Of a stretch of 64,000 bases of DNA, positions 1 to 10,577 are shown piece after piece. This stretch comes from Dehalococcoidia bacterium (lineage in GTDB: Bacteria; Chloroflexota; Dehalococcoidia; Lucifugimonadales; G958296245). Below the pieces are notes generated by a model, which ran no database searches, was not told where the DNA came from, and saw only the letters and a program-made list of their open reading frames with translations. The number at the start of each line of letters is the position of its first letter. The stretch's first letter is position 1. The position numbers and the translations under genes were made by a program. The stretch covers positions 1,108,202-1,172,201 of the forward strand of contig CBDHEI010000002.1 in assembly GCA_965262055.1 (NCBI GenBank). Direction: 5' to 3'.

Positions 1-1483
1 TTTCAGGGAAGTTGGGTCAGTTGCAGGCTGGCAGTTCAGGCGGGGAGTGGAATGGCTCGCAGCCGGGCCATGGCGCGAGTGAACTGGGTTTCCCAAGTCC
101 AATGCTGGGGAAGATGCAGGGTAAGGCGGCGCGCCGAGCGGGTGATCCGTCCCACCAGAGCGAAGACCCGCCGCCTGAGGGTCTTGGTGGTCACGGTCCG
201 TTCGGCCAGACCGATGCGCGCTGTCCAGCGGGCGAGGTTGTGTGCCATCACCTGCACCGCCAGCCAGGCGCCGTTGGCGGCGAAGCGCCCCGAGGGGAGA
301 TGGTTGAGTCCGACGCCGTGTTTCAGGTCTCGAATGGCGTTCTCGATCTCGGCGTGGCGGCGATGATCGGCCTCCAGTTCCAGGGTTTCCCCGTCCCGGT
401 CGGTGATGAAGCCGTGATAGCTGTAGGTGGCGAAGAGGGCCAACTGGGAACCGGGCGTGGGCTTCACCCGCCGGACGATGAGCCGCACCGGCGCGGCGTC
501 GGGTTCACTCTGGAAGGGGGTATAGGTAGTCTCGGCCACATCGGCGGCGCCGTCCATCCAGTAGGGAATCGGCGTCCAGTCCTGCTCGGGGATCGCCTCA
601 ATCAACTCCCGCAGGCCTTTGTGCTGGCGGATGGTGATGGAGAAGCGGACACCCATCTCGCGGCAGACGGCGACGAGAGCGTGGGCGTAGAAACCGCTGT
701 CGGCGCGCACCGTGAGTTGGCCGCTGGCCCCACCGTAGCGCACCCGCCCCACCGTTTCACGCAGGAAGTGGGCAGCGCCGCGAGCGGTGTTGGCACGGCC
801 CTCGCGCAGCCGGGACATCAGCACATCGCCGGTTCCGGCGGCGATGGCCAGCAGTGGGTGATAGCCCCGCGCGCCGGTGTAGTTGTGGTGTCGCGCCCCT
901 TCTTTGTCCAGTCCATAGGTCTCGCAGATGGTGGAGTCCAGGTCGATGGTAAGGGGCGAGTCGCCGGGTCCGGCCCCAGCGGCCCATGCGCGTGCCAGCA
1001 ACTGGCGGCTCACCCGGTCGAGTTGACGGACATGCCCCCACCGGAAGCTGCGCAGGAAGGTGCCCAGGGTGGATGGCGCCTTGACCACGCAGCCGAGAAC
1101 ACCGACCGTCCCACCAGCACGCAGCGCATCGGCGTCGTCGATGAAGTCGCCGCCCGCCAGCGCGGAAGCGACCAGCGTCAGCATTTTGTCCCCCGTGTTC
1201 GCCCGCCCCGATGCGCAGCCTAGGTCGAGGTGATGGTCGACGAGTTCCCGCAGGCCCAGGTGCTGTGCAAGGGTGGCCGGCAGGAGCAGGCCGGCATTGG
1301 CCACCAGGCGGTGGTCGTCAAAGACGACGCGGATACGGTCGGGATTATTCTGTGGCAGCATCTACTGGGTGCTCCTTGTTTCCGGGCGGTTTTCTGTTTC
1401 AAAACCATTCTCCCAGATTCAGAGGAGCACCCTCTGGCTTCTTCAAGGACTGTCCCCAAAGTCGTCTTTCGGTGGATTCGGGC
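1..1483 (-). mobile_element. IS1380-family insertion sequence, type A, copy 1 (left part runs off the window)
   Basis: Near-identical to the complete copies at 34384-36090 and 36214-37918. It ends ...TTCGGTGGATTCGGGC at 1483, followed by TTA. Confidence 0.85.
36..1361 (-). CDS. IS1380-family DDE transposase
   Basis: 441 aa. Catalytic contexts [14 protein letters not shown] and [12 protein letters not shown]. The tail [25 protein letters not shown] is typical of IS1380-family transposases. Confidence 0.9.
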   Translation of the reverse strand: MLPQNNPDRIRVVFDDHRLVANAGLLLPATLAQHLGLRELVDHHLDLGCASGRANTGDKMLTLVASALAGGDFIDDADALRAGGTVGVLGCVVKAPSTLGTFLRSFRWGHVRQLDRVSRQLLARAWAAGAGPGDSPLTIDLDSTICETYGLDKEGARHHNYTGARGYHPLLAIAAGTGDVLMSRLREGRANTARGAAHFLRETVGRVRYGGASGQLTVRADSGFYAHALVAVCREMGVRFSITIRQHKGLRELIEAIPEQDWTPIPYWMDGAADVAETTYTPFQSEPDAAPVRLIVRRVKPTPGSQLALFATYSYHGFITDRDGETLELEADHRRHAEIENAIRDLKHGVGLNHLPSGRFAANGAWLAVQVMAHNLARWTARIGLAERTVTTKTLRRRVFALVGRITRSARRLTLHLPQHWTWETQFTRAMARLRAIPLPA

Positions 1484-1792
1484 TTAGGGCTGAACCTGCA
1501 AGAGGCGTCCTACGTGTTCCACCTGGACCGCTGGTGGAATCCCGCCGTAGAGCGCCAAGCCGAGGACCGGAGCCACCGCATGGGCCAGACGGTCAAAGTC
1601 AACGTCATCAAGTACTCCTGCGCCGGAACAATCGAAGAACGAATAGACAAGATACTGGAGGGCAAACAGGAGTTGTTCGACCAGCTGGTCGACGATGTGT
1701 CGCTGGACCTGTCCGCTCAAATGAGCCGCGAAGAGCTCTTCGGACTGTTCGGCTTGGAACGGGGATCCGAAAAAGAAATTGGCGCTGAATGA
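1484..1792 (+). pseudogene. SNF2-family helicase, 3' remnant cut off by the IS
   Basis: The frame starts exactly at the IS end. [36 protein letters not shown] matches helicase C-terminal motifs V-VI (QxxDRxHRxGQ). There is no start codon or N-terminal domain. Confidence 0.75.
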
Positions 1793-2002
1793 GAGCACGG
1801 TACCTGCCGCATCGCTTTTGTGTCACCCTGTAGCGTGAGCCAAGCTGAAAGACAACGTTCACGGGCAGGAATAACACCGTGAGACCGAGCCGCCGGCCCC
1901 ACGCTCTCCTAATCTATCCTAATGGATAGACGACCGCATACTCCCGCTGTGGCGCGTCCGGCGAGAGGCGTATCCGAAAGCGGGCAGGGATAGCGATTCG
2001 CT

Positions 2003-3419
2003 GTGAGCATGGAAGCGGACGCGGAAATGCTGGAGGGCTGGATCGCCGAGTGGCGAGCGTACTTGCGCCGCCACCGGACGGCGCAGACGCCCGGTATGGA
2101 GGAGCTGGAGGGGCGGCTGCGGGACGAGGCGGCGGCGCTCGAGGGTGCAGGGCTGGACGGTGGGGAAGCCTTTCTGATTGCGGTCAGGCGCGTTGGGGGA
2201 CTCGACGCGGCCACGCGCGAGTTCGGGCGGGCTCACGCCGGGCGGTTGTGGGAAGAGTCCGACGGGGACGACGCTGACGCAGGGTCATTCTTGGGGCGGG
2301 CGCTGACGGTGCTGGTACCCGGTGGTGGGAAGGCCGCGCGTACCGAGTTTGTAGTCGTTCTAGGGCTGGCGGTCGCGGCGGCGCTGCTGGTGAAGGCCCC
2401 GGAGCTTTTCGGCGTCGACATTGGCGGCCGCAGCGATGATGCGGGATTCTACGCCCGAAACCTCAGCCTGTTCGTGTTACCGCTGCTGGCCGGCTACTTT
2501 CGTCTGGAAGCGCGGGTTCGGCGCGGTGCGCGCCTTCTGGTTGGCGCTGGCGTTCGCCGCGGCCGTTGTATTCGCCAACGTCTTCCGGTTCGAGCTGGAC
2601 GACTCCACGCAGATATTGACGGTGCTCCACCTGCCTATCGCGATGTGGGTGGTGGTAGGCGCCGCCTACACCGGGGCCCGTTGGCGTTCTTCCGCGGCGC
2701 GCATGGAGTTCGTACGGTTCTCCGGGGAGTTGTTCATCTACTACGTGCTGATTGCGCTGGGCGGTGGCGTGTTCACGGCCCTCACAGTGCTCATGTTCTC
2801 CGCCGTTGGCGTGGGCGTTGGCGTGCTGTTCACTGAGTGGGTGACGCCGTGCGGAGCGATGGGCGCGGTAATTGTCGGCGCGTGGCTGGTTGAGCAGAGG
2901 CGGGGTCTCGTTGGGGACATAGCGCCGATGCTCGCTCGCGTCTTCACGCCGCTGTTCGCAGTGATGCTACTGGCGCTGCTGGTGGCGATGGTGTTGACGG
3001 GCGGGTGGGCGGACATGGAGCGGGAGATGCTCATCGGCTTCGACCTGCTGCTGGCGCTGGTGCTCGGGCTGCTGCTCTACACGGTGTCGGCGCGCGACCC
3101 GCAGGCGCCGCCCAACGTCTTCGACGGGCTGGCCCTGCTGCTGGTGGTGGCCGCGCTCGCGGTGGACGTGCTGGCGCTGACCGCGATTGCGGGGCGCATT
3201 ACGGAGTTTGGATTCACAGCGAACAGGACGGCGGCGCTGGGGGAGAACCTCGTGCTGCTGTGTAACCTGGCATGGTCTGCGCGGCTCTACGCACGATTCC
3301 TGAGGGGGCGCGGCGCGTTCGCCTCGCTCCCTCGCTGGCAGACGGGGTACCTGCCTGTCTATGGGGCGTGGGCGGGGGCCGTCGTGGTTGTATTCCCACC
3401 GCTGTTCGGGTATGCGTGA
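2003..3419 (+). pseudogene. membrane protein (N-terminal helical 'permease-prefix'-like domain + DUF4153-like polytopic domain) with a +1 frameshift near 2501
   Basis: ORF 2003.. reads ...NLSLFVLPLLAGYF and then degenerates. ORF ..3419 continues sensibly as VWKRGFGAVRAFWLALAF... with many TM helices. Joining the two frames at about 2500/2502 gives one coherent protein. Confidence 0.55.
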
Positions 3420-3456
3420 GGTTTCGTGTCCAAGCGACCGTATACGGAGGTTAGCG

Positions 3457-4389
3457 ATGAGCCCAGCCCAGAAACCGGATATCGTCGTCCTCGGCGGCAT
3501 CAACATGGCCCTGATCGGGACCGCTCCGCGGCTGCCGGAGCCCGGCGAGACGGTGCTGGGCGACGAGTTCTATTTGGCGCCGGGTGGCAAGGGGGGGAAC
3601 CAGGCGGTTGCGGCGGCACGGATGGGCGCTTCTGCCAAGATGATCGGCCGGGTGGGCGGGGACATGTTCGGTCCGGGGCTGCTGGACGACCTCAGGGGCT
3701 ATGGCGTGGACGTGAGCGGCGTCGCGGAGGACACGGGCGCGGCGTCCGGCATAGCGGTGATCCTGCTGGACGCATCCAGGCAGAACCACATAGTGGCGAT
3801 ATACGGCGCCAACAGGCGGTGCAACGATGAGCAGGTCGTAGCGGCGGAGTCGGCGCTGGAGGGGGCGGACGCGCTGATGCTCCAACTGGAGATACCGGCG
3901 GCCACGTCGTTGAAGGCGGCGCGCATCGCGAGGGAGATGGGCGTGAGGGTCGTGTGGGATCCGGCTCCGGCTGTGGGCTTCCCTCCGGAGGCGTACGAGG
4001 TGGTGGACGTTTTGACGCCGAACCAGACTGAGGCCGCCGCGCTGACCGGCGTAGACGTCAGGGACGCGGATTCGGCGGAGTCGGCTGCCAGGGTGCTCGT
4101 CGGGCGCGGGGTGGGGGCGGTCGTGGTTAAGCTGGGCGAGGACGGAGCGTACTACCTGTCGGACGGTGACGCGGGTCACGTGTCGTCGTACGAGGTGGAG
4201 GCGACGGACACGGTCGCGGCTGGGGACGCCTTCGGCGCGGCCATGACGTGCGCCCTTGCCGACGGCGCGTCTATGGGTGAGGCGGTCAGGTACGGCACGG
4301 CGGCGGGGGCACTTGCAGTGACGAAGCCGGGCGCGCAGGAGGCGATGCCGTCCAGGGCGGAGGTGGAGGCGCTGCTGGGGGCGGGTTAG
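3457..4389 (+). CDS. rbsK: ribokinase (PfkB family)
   Basis: GGINMALI...PGETV...APGGKGGNQAVAAARMG and C-terminal DTVAAGDAFGAA...GAALAVTKPGAQ motifs. ATG at 3457 is preceded by GGAGG. Confidence 0.8.
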   Translation: MSPAQKPDIVVLGGINMALIGTAPRLPEPGETVLGDEFYLAPGGKGGNQAVAAARMGASAKMIGRVGGDMFGPGLLDDLRGYGVDVSGVAEDTGAASGIAVILLDASRQNHIVAIYGANRRCNDEQVVAAESALEGADALMLQLEIPAATSLKAARIAREMGVRVVWDPAPAVGFPPEAYEVVDVLTPNQTEAAALTGVDVRDADSAESAARVLVGRGVGAVVVKLGEDGAYYLSDGDAGHVSSYEVEATDTVAAGDAFGAAMTCALADGASMGEAVRYGTAAGALAVTKPGAQEAMPSRAEVEALLGAG

Positions 4390-4391
4390 GG

Positions 4392-5978
4392 CTATTCCGC
4401 CACTTGCTCACGCAGGGCGGAGATGGCGGGGACGGGGTCGTTGCCGAGGTGCACGCGGGCTACTGTGCGGCCTCTCGACTGGAGGGCGGTGAGGTCGGCG
4501 ATGGCTTGGAGGTCGGTCAGGGCGCCGAAGGTGTAGGGCTTGCCGGGTATGGGGAGGTCGTCGTGGTGGGCCGCCGTAAGCTGGAGGAACAGGCCGGAGT
4601 CGGGGCCCCCTTTGTGTAGCTGTCCTGTCGAGTGGAGGAATCGGGGGCCGAAGCCCATTGTGGTGGCGATTCCGTAGCGCTCGGCGATGGCCTTCCTTAG
4701 GGCAGTCATGGCCTCATCGACGGCGGGAGTCGAGTCTATGTAGGCCATGATGGCTAGGTAGCGTCCGGGCTGGGCGTGGGCGAGCAGTTCGTTCAGGCCG
4801 GTGGGGGACTGTGGCTGGGGCGGCGTGACCGAAGCGGCGTGGCCCCCCAAGAGTTCGCGGGTGTTGCGCTTGGTGAGCTCCACGTCCGGCTGGTCGAAGG
4901 GGTATACGCCCAGCGTGGCTCCCGCCAGTGCGGTTGCGAATTCCCACCGGAAGAACTCGGCGCCCATATCGTAGGCGTCTGCCAGCCGGAGCCTGAGCAC
5001 CGGGTGCCCCTCTGCCTCCAGCGCGGCGATCCCCTCGTCTGTGGCAGTGTTGGAGTCGCCGTCGAGGCGCAGGTAGCCGAACAGCCTGTCAGGGCCGCAG
5101 GAGCGGGGGGCCATCAGGGGCTCGCCGGTTACCGGGATGATGCCCGTTCCCTGTTTCCCGGTGCTCTCGGCTACGAGCTGCTCGATCCATAGGGCGAAGG
5201 CCGCTATCGACGGCGAGGTTACCAGTGTCAGCTTGTCGCGGCCGTTTAGGGCGGCGTGCGCCATGGCCGCCCCCAGTACTACGCCGGGATTCTCCTCCAG
5301 CGGCGTCTGCGTCCCACAGCGCAGGCGCATGCTCGCGCCTCGCTCCAGGAGCTTGGGAACGTCGAACCCGGCCAACGCGGCGGGAACGAGTCCGAAGTAT
5401 GAGAGGGCGGAGTACCGGCCCACGACGCCGGGCGGGTCCAGGAAGACTGCCCGGAAGGCGTCCCTGCGGGCCAGCTCTTCCAGGGGCGAGCCGGGATCCG
5501 TGACCGCGACGAAGCGGCGGCCCGCGTTCTGCCTGCCGACTCGGGCTTCCACGTCGTGCCGGAAGTGGCGGTAGAGGGCGTCGGTCTCGGTCGTGTCCCC
5601 CGACTTGGAGGAAACTACGTAGATGGTGCTGGCAGGGTCCAAGGAGCTGGAGACGCGCCGGACCCAGGCCGGCACTGTGGAGTCGAGCACGGTGAGCTCG
5701 GGGAAGCCGGGCTGTGGGCCGAAGGCGAATGCCAGGGCAAGCGAGGCAAGGCTGCTGCCTCCCATACCGATCAGCACGACACGGGTAACGCCTTCGGCGG
5801 CCGCCTCGGAAGGGAGGCGGGAGAGGGTGAGGTAGCTCTGCGGCATCGATTCTGGCAGGTCGAGCCAGCCGAGGGCAGCGCTTTCACCGTGCCTCCACAG
5901 GATATGGTCGCGTTCCCACATCCGAGCGACGGCGCCTGTTCGGCGGAAGCGGTCGATGGCCGGGCCCGTGTCCAGCAC
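4392..5978 (-). CDS. pgi: glucose-6-phosphate isomerase
   Basis: 528 aa SIS/PGI-like protein (LIGMGGSSLAS..., VVSSKSGDTTET). It lies adjacent to transaldolase, as in tal-pgi clusters. Confidence 0.75.
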   Translation of the reverse strand: MLDTGPAIDRFRRTGAVARMWERDHILWRHGESAALGWLDLPESMPQSYLTLSRLPSEAAAEGVTRVVLIGMGGSSLASLALAFAFGPQPGFPELTVLDSTVPAWVRRVSSSLDPASTIYVVSSKSGDTTETDALYRHFRHDVEARVGRQNAGRRFVAVTDPGSPLEELARRDAFRAVFLDPPGVVGRYSALSYFGLVPAALAGFDVPKLLERGASMRLRCGTQTPLEENPGVVLGAAMAHAALNGRDKLTLVTSPSIAAFALWIEQLVAESTGKQGTGIIPVTGEPLMAPRSCGPDRLFGYLRLDGDSNTATDEGIAALEAEGHPVLRLRLADAYDMGAEFFRWEFATALAGATLGVYPFDQPDVELTKRNTRELLGGHAASVTPPQPQSPTGLNELLAHAQPGRYLAIMAYIDSTPAVDEAMTALRKAIAERYGIATTMGFGPRFLHSTGQLHKGGPDSGLFLQLTAAHHDDLPIPGKPYTFGALTDLQAIADLTALQSRGRTVARVHLGNDPVPAISALREQVAE

Positions 5979-6016
5979 TTTACCCGCGGCGGCGGTGGGC
6001 CGCCTGGCAGAGGGGG

Positions 6017-7135
6017 TTAGCGGCTCTTGGCGAGGAGCTTGGACTTCTCCTCGATGTTTGCCAGCAGACCATCGTAGGACTCGGCGAACTGTCGGAGGCC
6101 GTCGGCCAGCAGCCTGTCGGTCACTTCGGTCATACCGATTCCGGCTGCCTCCAACTCCTCCAGTGTCTTCTCGGCCTCGTCGACCTGCCAGTCGATCGTG
6201 CGCCCGGCGGCGCCGTGTTCGAGGAAGGCCACCAGGGTGGCGTCGGGCATTGTGTCCACGGTGTCGGGGCCGATCAGGGCTTCAGGGTACATGACGTCGC
6301 TGTAAGCGGGTTTCTTGGTGCTCGTACTGGCCCACAAGGGGCGCTGCACCATGGCGCCTTTCTCGCGCAGCGCCGCGAATCGCTCGCCGTCGAAGTCCTC
6401 CCGGAAGTCGCGGTAGGCCAGCCTTGCGTTGGCTATTGCAGTCTTGCCGAGCAGCGGTTGCAGCTCCAGGTCGCCACCGCTCGCCCGCTCTTCAATCTGG
6501 ATATCGACCGCGGTGTCCACCCGGCTGACGAAGAAGGAGGCTACCGACGCGGTCTCGCCGAGGTCTCCTCCCGACCATGCAAGGTCCTCCAGACCGGCGA
6601 TGTATGCGTTGCGCACGTCCCTGTAGGCGTCCAACGAGAAGAGCAGGGTGACGTTGATGTTGACACCCTTCCCAATAAGGTTGTGTACGGCCGGCACTCC
6701 CTGCGGCGTCGCCGGCACCTTCACCATGACGTTGGGGCGGTCCAGGGCCTCAAACAGGCGGTTTGCCTCTCCGATGGTCGCCTCTGTGTCGTGGGCCAGA
6801 TGGGGGTTCACCTCCAGAGAGACGTAGCCGTCGGCCCCGTCGGTCCGGTCGTAGTGAGTACGAAGGAGGTCGGCCGCCGCCCTGAGGTCCTCGATGGCCA
6901 GCGCCTCGTAGGTCTCCTCGGGGCCCATGCCCTCGCCGGCGCACCGGAGCAGGGCGTCGTCGTAATCGGAGCTGCCCAGGATGGCCTTTTCGAAGATGGT
7001 CGGGTTGGAGGTGATCCCGCTGACGCCCAGGGAGACTAGCCTCTCCAACTCGCCGGACCGAAGCATTCCCCGCCGGATGTTGTCGAGCCAGACGGACTGG
7101 CCCAGCTTGTTGGCTTCGAGAATCGCGTTGCCCAT
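6017..7135 (-). CDS. tal: transaldolase
   Basis: LGQSVWLDNIRR..., GVSGITSNPTIFEKAI and VMVKVPAT motifs. Confidence 0.85.
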   Translation of the reverse strand: MGNAILEANKLGQSVWLDNIRRGMLRSGELERLVSLGVSGITSNPTIFEKAILGSSDYDDALLRCAGEGMGPEETYEALAIEDLRAAADLLRTHYDRTDGADGYVSLEVNPHLAHDTEATIGEANRLFEALDRPNVMVKVPATPQGVPAVHNLIGKGVNINVTLLFSLDAYRDVRNAYIAGLEDLAWSGGDLGETASVASFFVSRVDTAVDIQIEERASGGDLELQPLLGKTAIANARLAYRDFREDFDGERFAALREKGAMVQRPLWASTSTKKPAYSDVMYPEALIGPDTVDTMPDATLVAFLEHGAAGRTIDWQVDEAEKTLEELEAAGIGMTEVTDRLLADGLRQFAESYDGLLANIEEKSKLLAKSR

Positions 7136-7152
7136 GGCGAATTCAGAGGCTG

Positions 7153-8370
7153 CTAACGCCTATCGGTGTAGACTTGCTTGGCCCGGTCGAGAGACGTCTT
7201 GCGCAGGGCCATAAGGTCGTGCCTCTTTTCACCTGCCCATGCCTGAGAGGCTACCAGGCTGGTCAGGGAGCCTTGGAACTGCGGCATCACGTAACGGGCA
7301 ATGAGCTCGTAGCTGTGGAGCATTTGCTCCCTGTTGGCCCACTCCGTGACCTGTATCAGCACGCCTCCGAAGCCGCCGCTTTCCCCGTCCAGCCGGTTTA
7401 TGGTAGCGACGAGATCGTCCGGGGTGCCTACGCACCAGGCGCCCTCGTCGACCATGTGGTCGATGATCTTCTCGGCGGGCCCGTCGTATACCTTATCGAA
7501 GCCCATCGTGTCCTCGAAGTAGTCGCGCTGGTAGCGGGCCGCGCCCACGCGGGCCTGCTCCACGGCCTCCTTGCGGCTCTCCGCAATGAACGCCGGGACC
7601 ACCAATCGCCACTCCTCGCGGCGCATAGTATTGCCGTGCTCCGCGGCGACCTCCTCGGAGATATTCCAGAACTCACTCAGCTGATTGACGGAACCTCCGC
7701 CCCTGACCGCGCTCACCGACAGCACGCCGGTCCCATGCTTCCCCGCCAACATCATTCCGGACGGCGACTGGGCCGCGGCCACGGCGATGGGGAAGTGAGG
7801 CTGGGTGAATGGTCTGAGGTGAATCTGCGCCTCATGGAGTGTGAACCAGTCCGATTCGTAGGTGATTGGTTCCGTTTCCTTGAGGAGGCGCATGATGATG
7901 CCCAGGGCCTCGTCCATACGGGGCCTCTGCGTGGGCGGATCGATGCCCAGCATGTAGGCGTCGGAGACGAGCGCCCCCGGGCCTACCCCCATCATCGCTC
8001 TGCCCCTGGTCATGTGGTCGAGCTGCACCATGCGGTTTGCCACCATGAGGGGGTGATGATAAGGGAGGCTAATCACCCCGGTGCCTAGCTTGATGTGCTT
8101 GGTGCGCTCGGCGGCGGCGGCGATGAACATCTCCGGGGAGGAGATCGTCTCCCACCCGGCGCTGTGGTGCTCTCCTATCCAGGCTTCGTCGAAGCCCAGG
8201 TAGTCGATCCACTGCAACAGCTCCATGTCTCGCTCGAGGCCAAGCGTCGGATTTTCTCCGAGCCAGTGGAAGGGGGCCAGGAACACACCGAACTTCAATC
8301 TGTCAGGAAGGGTCATCCTGTTTGGGACCTCACTTAGGTATGCGTCCTCGTCCGCTGCGGGCTTCAACAA
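7153..8370 (-). CDS. LLM-class (luciferase-like) flavin-dependent oxidoreductase
   Basis: LKFGVFLAPFH...GFDEAWIGEHHS...KLGTGVISLPYHHPLMVA is the typical LLM fold signature. The start may instead be the internal Met at 8316. Confidence 0.8.
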   Translation of the reverse strand: MLKPAADEDAYLSEVPNRMTLPDRLKFGVFLAPFHWLGENPTLGLERDMELLQWIDYLGFDEAWIGEHHSAGWETISSPEMFIAAAAERTKHIKLGTGVISLPYHHPLMVANRMVQLDHMTRGRAMMGVGPGALVSDAYMLGIDPPTQRPRMDEALGIIMRLLKETEPITYESDWFTLHEAQIHLRPFTQPHFPIAVAAAQSPSGMMLAGKHGTGVLSVSAVRGGGSVNQLSEFWNISEEVAAEHGNTMRREEWRLVVPAFIAESRKEAVEQARVGAARYQRDYFEDTMGFDKVYDGPAEKIIDHMVDEGAWCVGTPDDLVATINRLDGESGGFGGVLIQVTEWANREQMLHSYELIARYVMPQFQGSLTSLVASQAWAGEKRHDLMALRKTSLDRAKQVYTDRR

Positions 8371-8518
8371 CTGCGCTCACGGTCAAGGCGCATGAACATC
8401 CGGGATTCTAGCATGGGCGCGCAAGGCCGGCAAACGCTGGGGCGCCCCCAATGCACTACTTAACGGAGGGGAGAAAACGCGTTGTAACTCCCACCCACCC
8501 CCAACGGGATCCCTCTAA

Positions 8519-8861
8519 ACCCGAATCCACCGAAGGACACCTATGGACGGCGTGAGGACAGCGGCAGGGTGGGTGAGGGAGCTACAGGGGAGATGGCTGG
8601 GCTCATTGGGGTAGATTGGAGGTCGGCGAACGGTCTTCAGTCGCCGCATAGGGCCCCTATGGCCCTCTGCGGGAGCTGCGATGCGCGGGATGGCGAGAGA
8701 ATACGCAGCAGGGAACTCTCGCGGACCGGGGTGGCACGAGTTTGCAGGGAAGTTGGGTCAGTTGCAGGCTGGCAGTCAGGCGGGGAGTGGAATGGCTCGC
8801 AGCCGGGCCATGGCGCGAGTGAACTGGGTTTCCCAAGGCCAATGCTGGGGAAGATGCAGGG
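8519..8861 (-). mobile_element. solo 343-bp terminal fragment of the type A IS (transposase 3'-side end)
   Basis: Collinear with 34384-34727 of copy 3. The first base is mutated (ACCCGAATCCACCGAA) and it is preceded by TAA. It is truncated where copy 2 is inserted. Confidence 0.8.
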
Positions 8862-8864
8862 TAA

Positions 8865-10577
8865 GCCCGAATCCACCGATGGACGGCGTGAGGACAGCGA
8901 AAGGGGGGTGAGGGAGCTGCAGGCGAGATGGCCTGGGCTCCATTGGGGTAGATGGGAGGGCGGCGGACGGTCTTCAGTTGCCGCACAGGGTCCCTATGGC
9001 CGTCTGCGGGGACTGCGATGCGCGGGATGGTGAGAGAATACACAGCAGGGAACTCTCGCGGGCCAGGGTGGCGCGAGTTTGCGGGGACCTTCGGTTGTGC
9101 GGTGGGTAGCTCGGTCACCGACGGCGCCGTCAGGCAGGCAATGGCAGGGCTCGCAATCGAGCCAGGGCGCGACTGACCTTCTCCTGCCACGGCCAGTTCT
9201 TGGGAAGATGGAGGGTGAGGCGGCGGGCCGAGCGGGTGATTCGTCCGGCGAGGGAGAAGAACCGCCGCCGGAGGGTCTTGGTGGTCACGGTCTGCTCACC
9301 CAGGCCGATGCGGGCTGTCCAGCGGGCCAGGTTGTGGGCCATCACCTGGACCGCCAGCCAGGCGGCGTTGGCGGCGAAGCGGCCCGAGGGGAGATGGTTG
9401 AGTCCGACGCCGTACTTCAGGTCTCGGATGGCATTCTCGATCTCGGCGTGGCGGCGGTGGTCGGCCTCCAGTTCCAGGGTCTCCCCGTCCCGGTCGGTGA
9501 TGAAGCCGTGATAGCTGTAGGTGGCGAAGAGGGCCAGTTGGGAACCGGGCGTGGGCTTCACCCGCCGCACGATGAGCCGTACCGGCGCGGCGTCGGGCTC
9601 ACTCTGGAAGGGGGTATAGGTAATCTCGGCCACATCGGCGGCGCCGTCCATCCAGTAGGGAACCGGCGTCCAGGCATCCTCGGGTATCGCCTCGATGAGA
9701 TTGTGCAGGCTTTTGTGCTGGCGGATGGCGATGGAGAAGCGCACGTCCAGCTTGCGGCAGACGGCGACCACGCTATGGGTGTAGAAGCCGCTGTCGGCCC
9801 GCACTGTGAGTTGTCCCCTGGCCCCGCCGTAGCGCACCCGCCCCACCGTTTCCCGCAGGAAGTGGGCGGCGCCGCGGGCGGTGTTGGCGCGGCCCTCACG
9901 CAGCCGGGCCATCAGCACGTCGCCGGTTCCGGCGGCAATGGCCAGCAGCGGGTGATAGCCCCGCTTGCCGGTATAGCCGTGGTGGCGGGCGCCCTCCTTG
10001 GCCAGTCCGTAGGTCTCGCAGATCGTCGAATCAAGGTCGATGGTGAACGGTGCGTCGCTGGGTCCGGCCCCAGCCGCCCAGGCCTGGGCCAGCAGCTCCC
10101 GGCTCACCCGGTCCAGTTGACGGACGTGGCCCCAGCGAAAACTGCGCAGGAAGGTGCCCAGGGTGGATGGCGCCTTGATCGTGCCGCCCAGGATGCGAGC
10201 CGTCCCACCGGCGCGCAGCGCATCGGCGTCGTCGATGCAGTCGCCGCCAGCCAGCGCGGAAGCGACCAGCGTCAGTATCTTGTCCCCCGTGTTGGCCCGC
10301 CCCGGCGCGACGCCCAGATCGAGGTGATGGTCGACGAGTTCCCGCAGGCCCAGGTGCTGGGCGAGGGTGGCCGGAAGGAGCAGCCCGGCATTGCCCACCA
10401 GGCGGTGGTCGTCGAAAGAGACACGGATGCGGTCGGGGTGGTTGCGTGGTAGCATCTATTGGGTGCTCCTTGTTCTGGGGTCGGTTTGCTGTTACAAAAC
10501 CATTATCCCAGATTCATGGGGCACCCTCTCGCTTCTTCAAGGGCTGTCCCCAAGGCCCTCCTTCGGTGGATTCGGGC
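8865..10577 (-). mobile_element. IS1380-family IS, divergent type A variant, copy 2 (inserted into the fragment above)
   Basis: Termini GCCCGAATCCACCGA...TTCGGTGGATTCGGGC. TAA lies on both sides (8862-8864 and 10578-10580). Confidence 0.85.
9130..10455 (-). CDS. IS1380-family DDE transposase (divergent from the other three copies; identity not counted)
   Basis: 441 aa, collinear with 36..1361, with scattered substitutions. Confidence 0.9.
   Translation of the reverse strand: MLPRNHPDRIRVSFDDHRLVGNAGLLLPATLAQHLGLRELVDHHLDLGVAPGRANTGDKILTLVASALAGGDCIDDADALRAGGTARILGGTIKAPSTLGTFLRSFRWGHVRQLDRVSRELLAQAWAAGAGPSDAPFTIDLDSTICETYGLAKEGARHHGYTGKRGYHPLLAIAAGTGDVLMARLREGRANTARGAAHFLRETVGRVRYGGARGQLTVRADSGFYTHSVVAVCRKLDVRFSIAIRQHKSLHNLIEAIPEDAWTPVPYWMDGAADVAEITYTPFQSEPDAAPVRLIVRRVKPTPGSQLALFATYSYHGFITDRDGETLELEADHRRHAEIENAIRDLKYGVGLNHLPSGRFAANAAWLAVQVMAHNLARWTARIGLGEQTVTTKTLRRRFFSLAGRITRSARRLTLHLPKNWPWQEKVSRALARLRALPLPA

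Noticed and set aside
12-1223. Long ORFs antisense to every type A transposase gene (12-1223, 9079-10452, 34481-36094, 36006-37868; up to 620 aa)
   Set aside because: They mirror the transposase frame in very GC-rich DNA. Their composition is Gly/Ala/Arg/Pro-rich and low-complexity with no recognisable domain, and they run across IS termini into flanking DNA. They are shadow ORFs.
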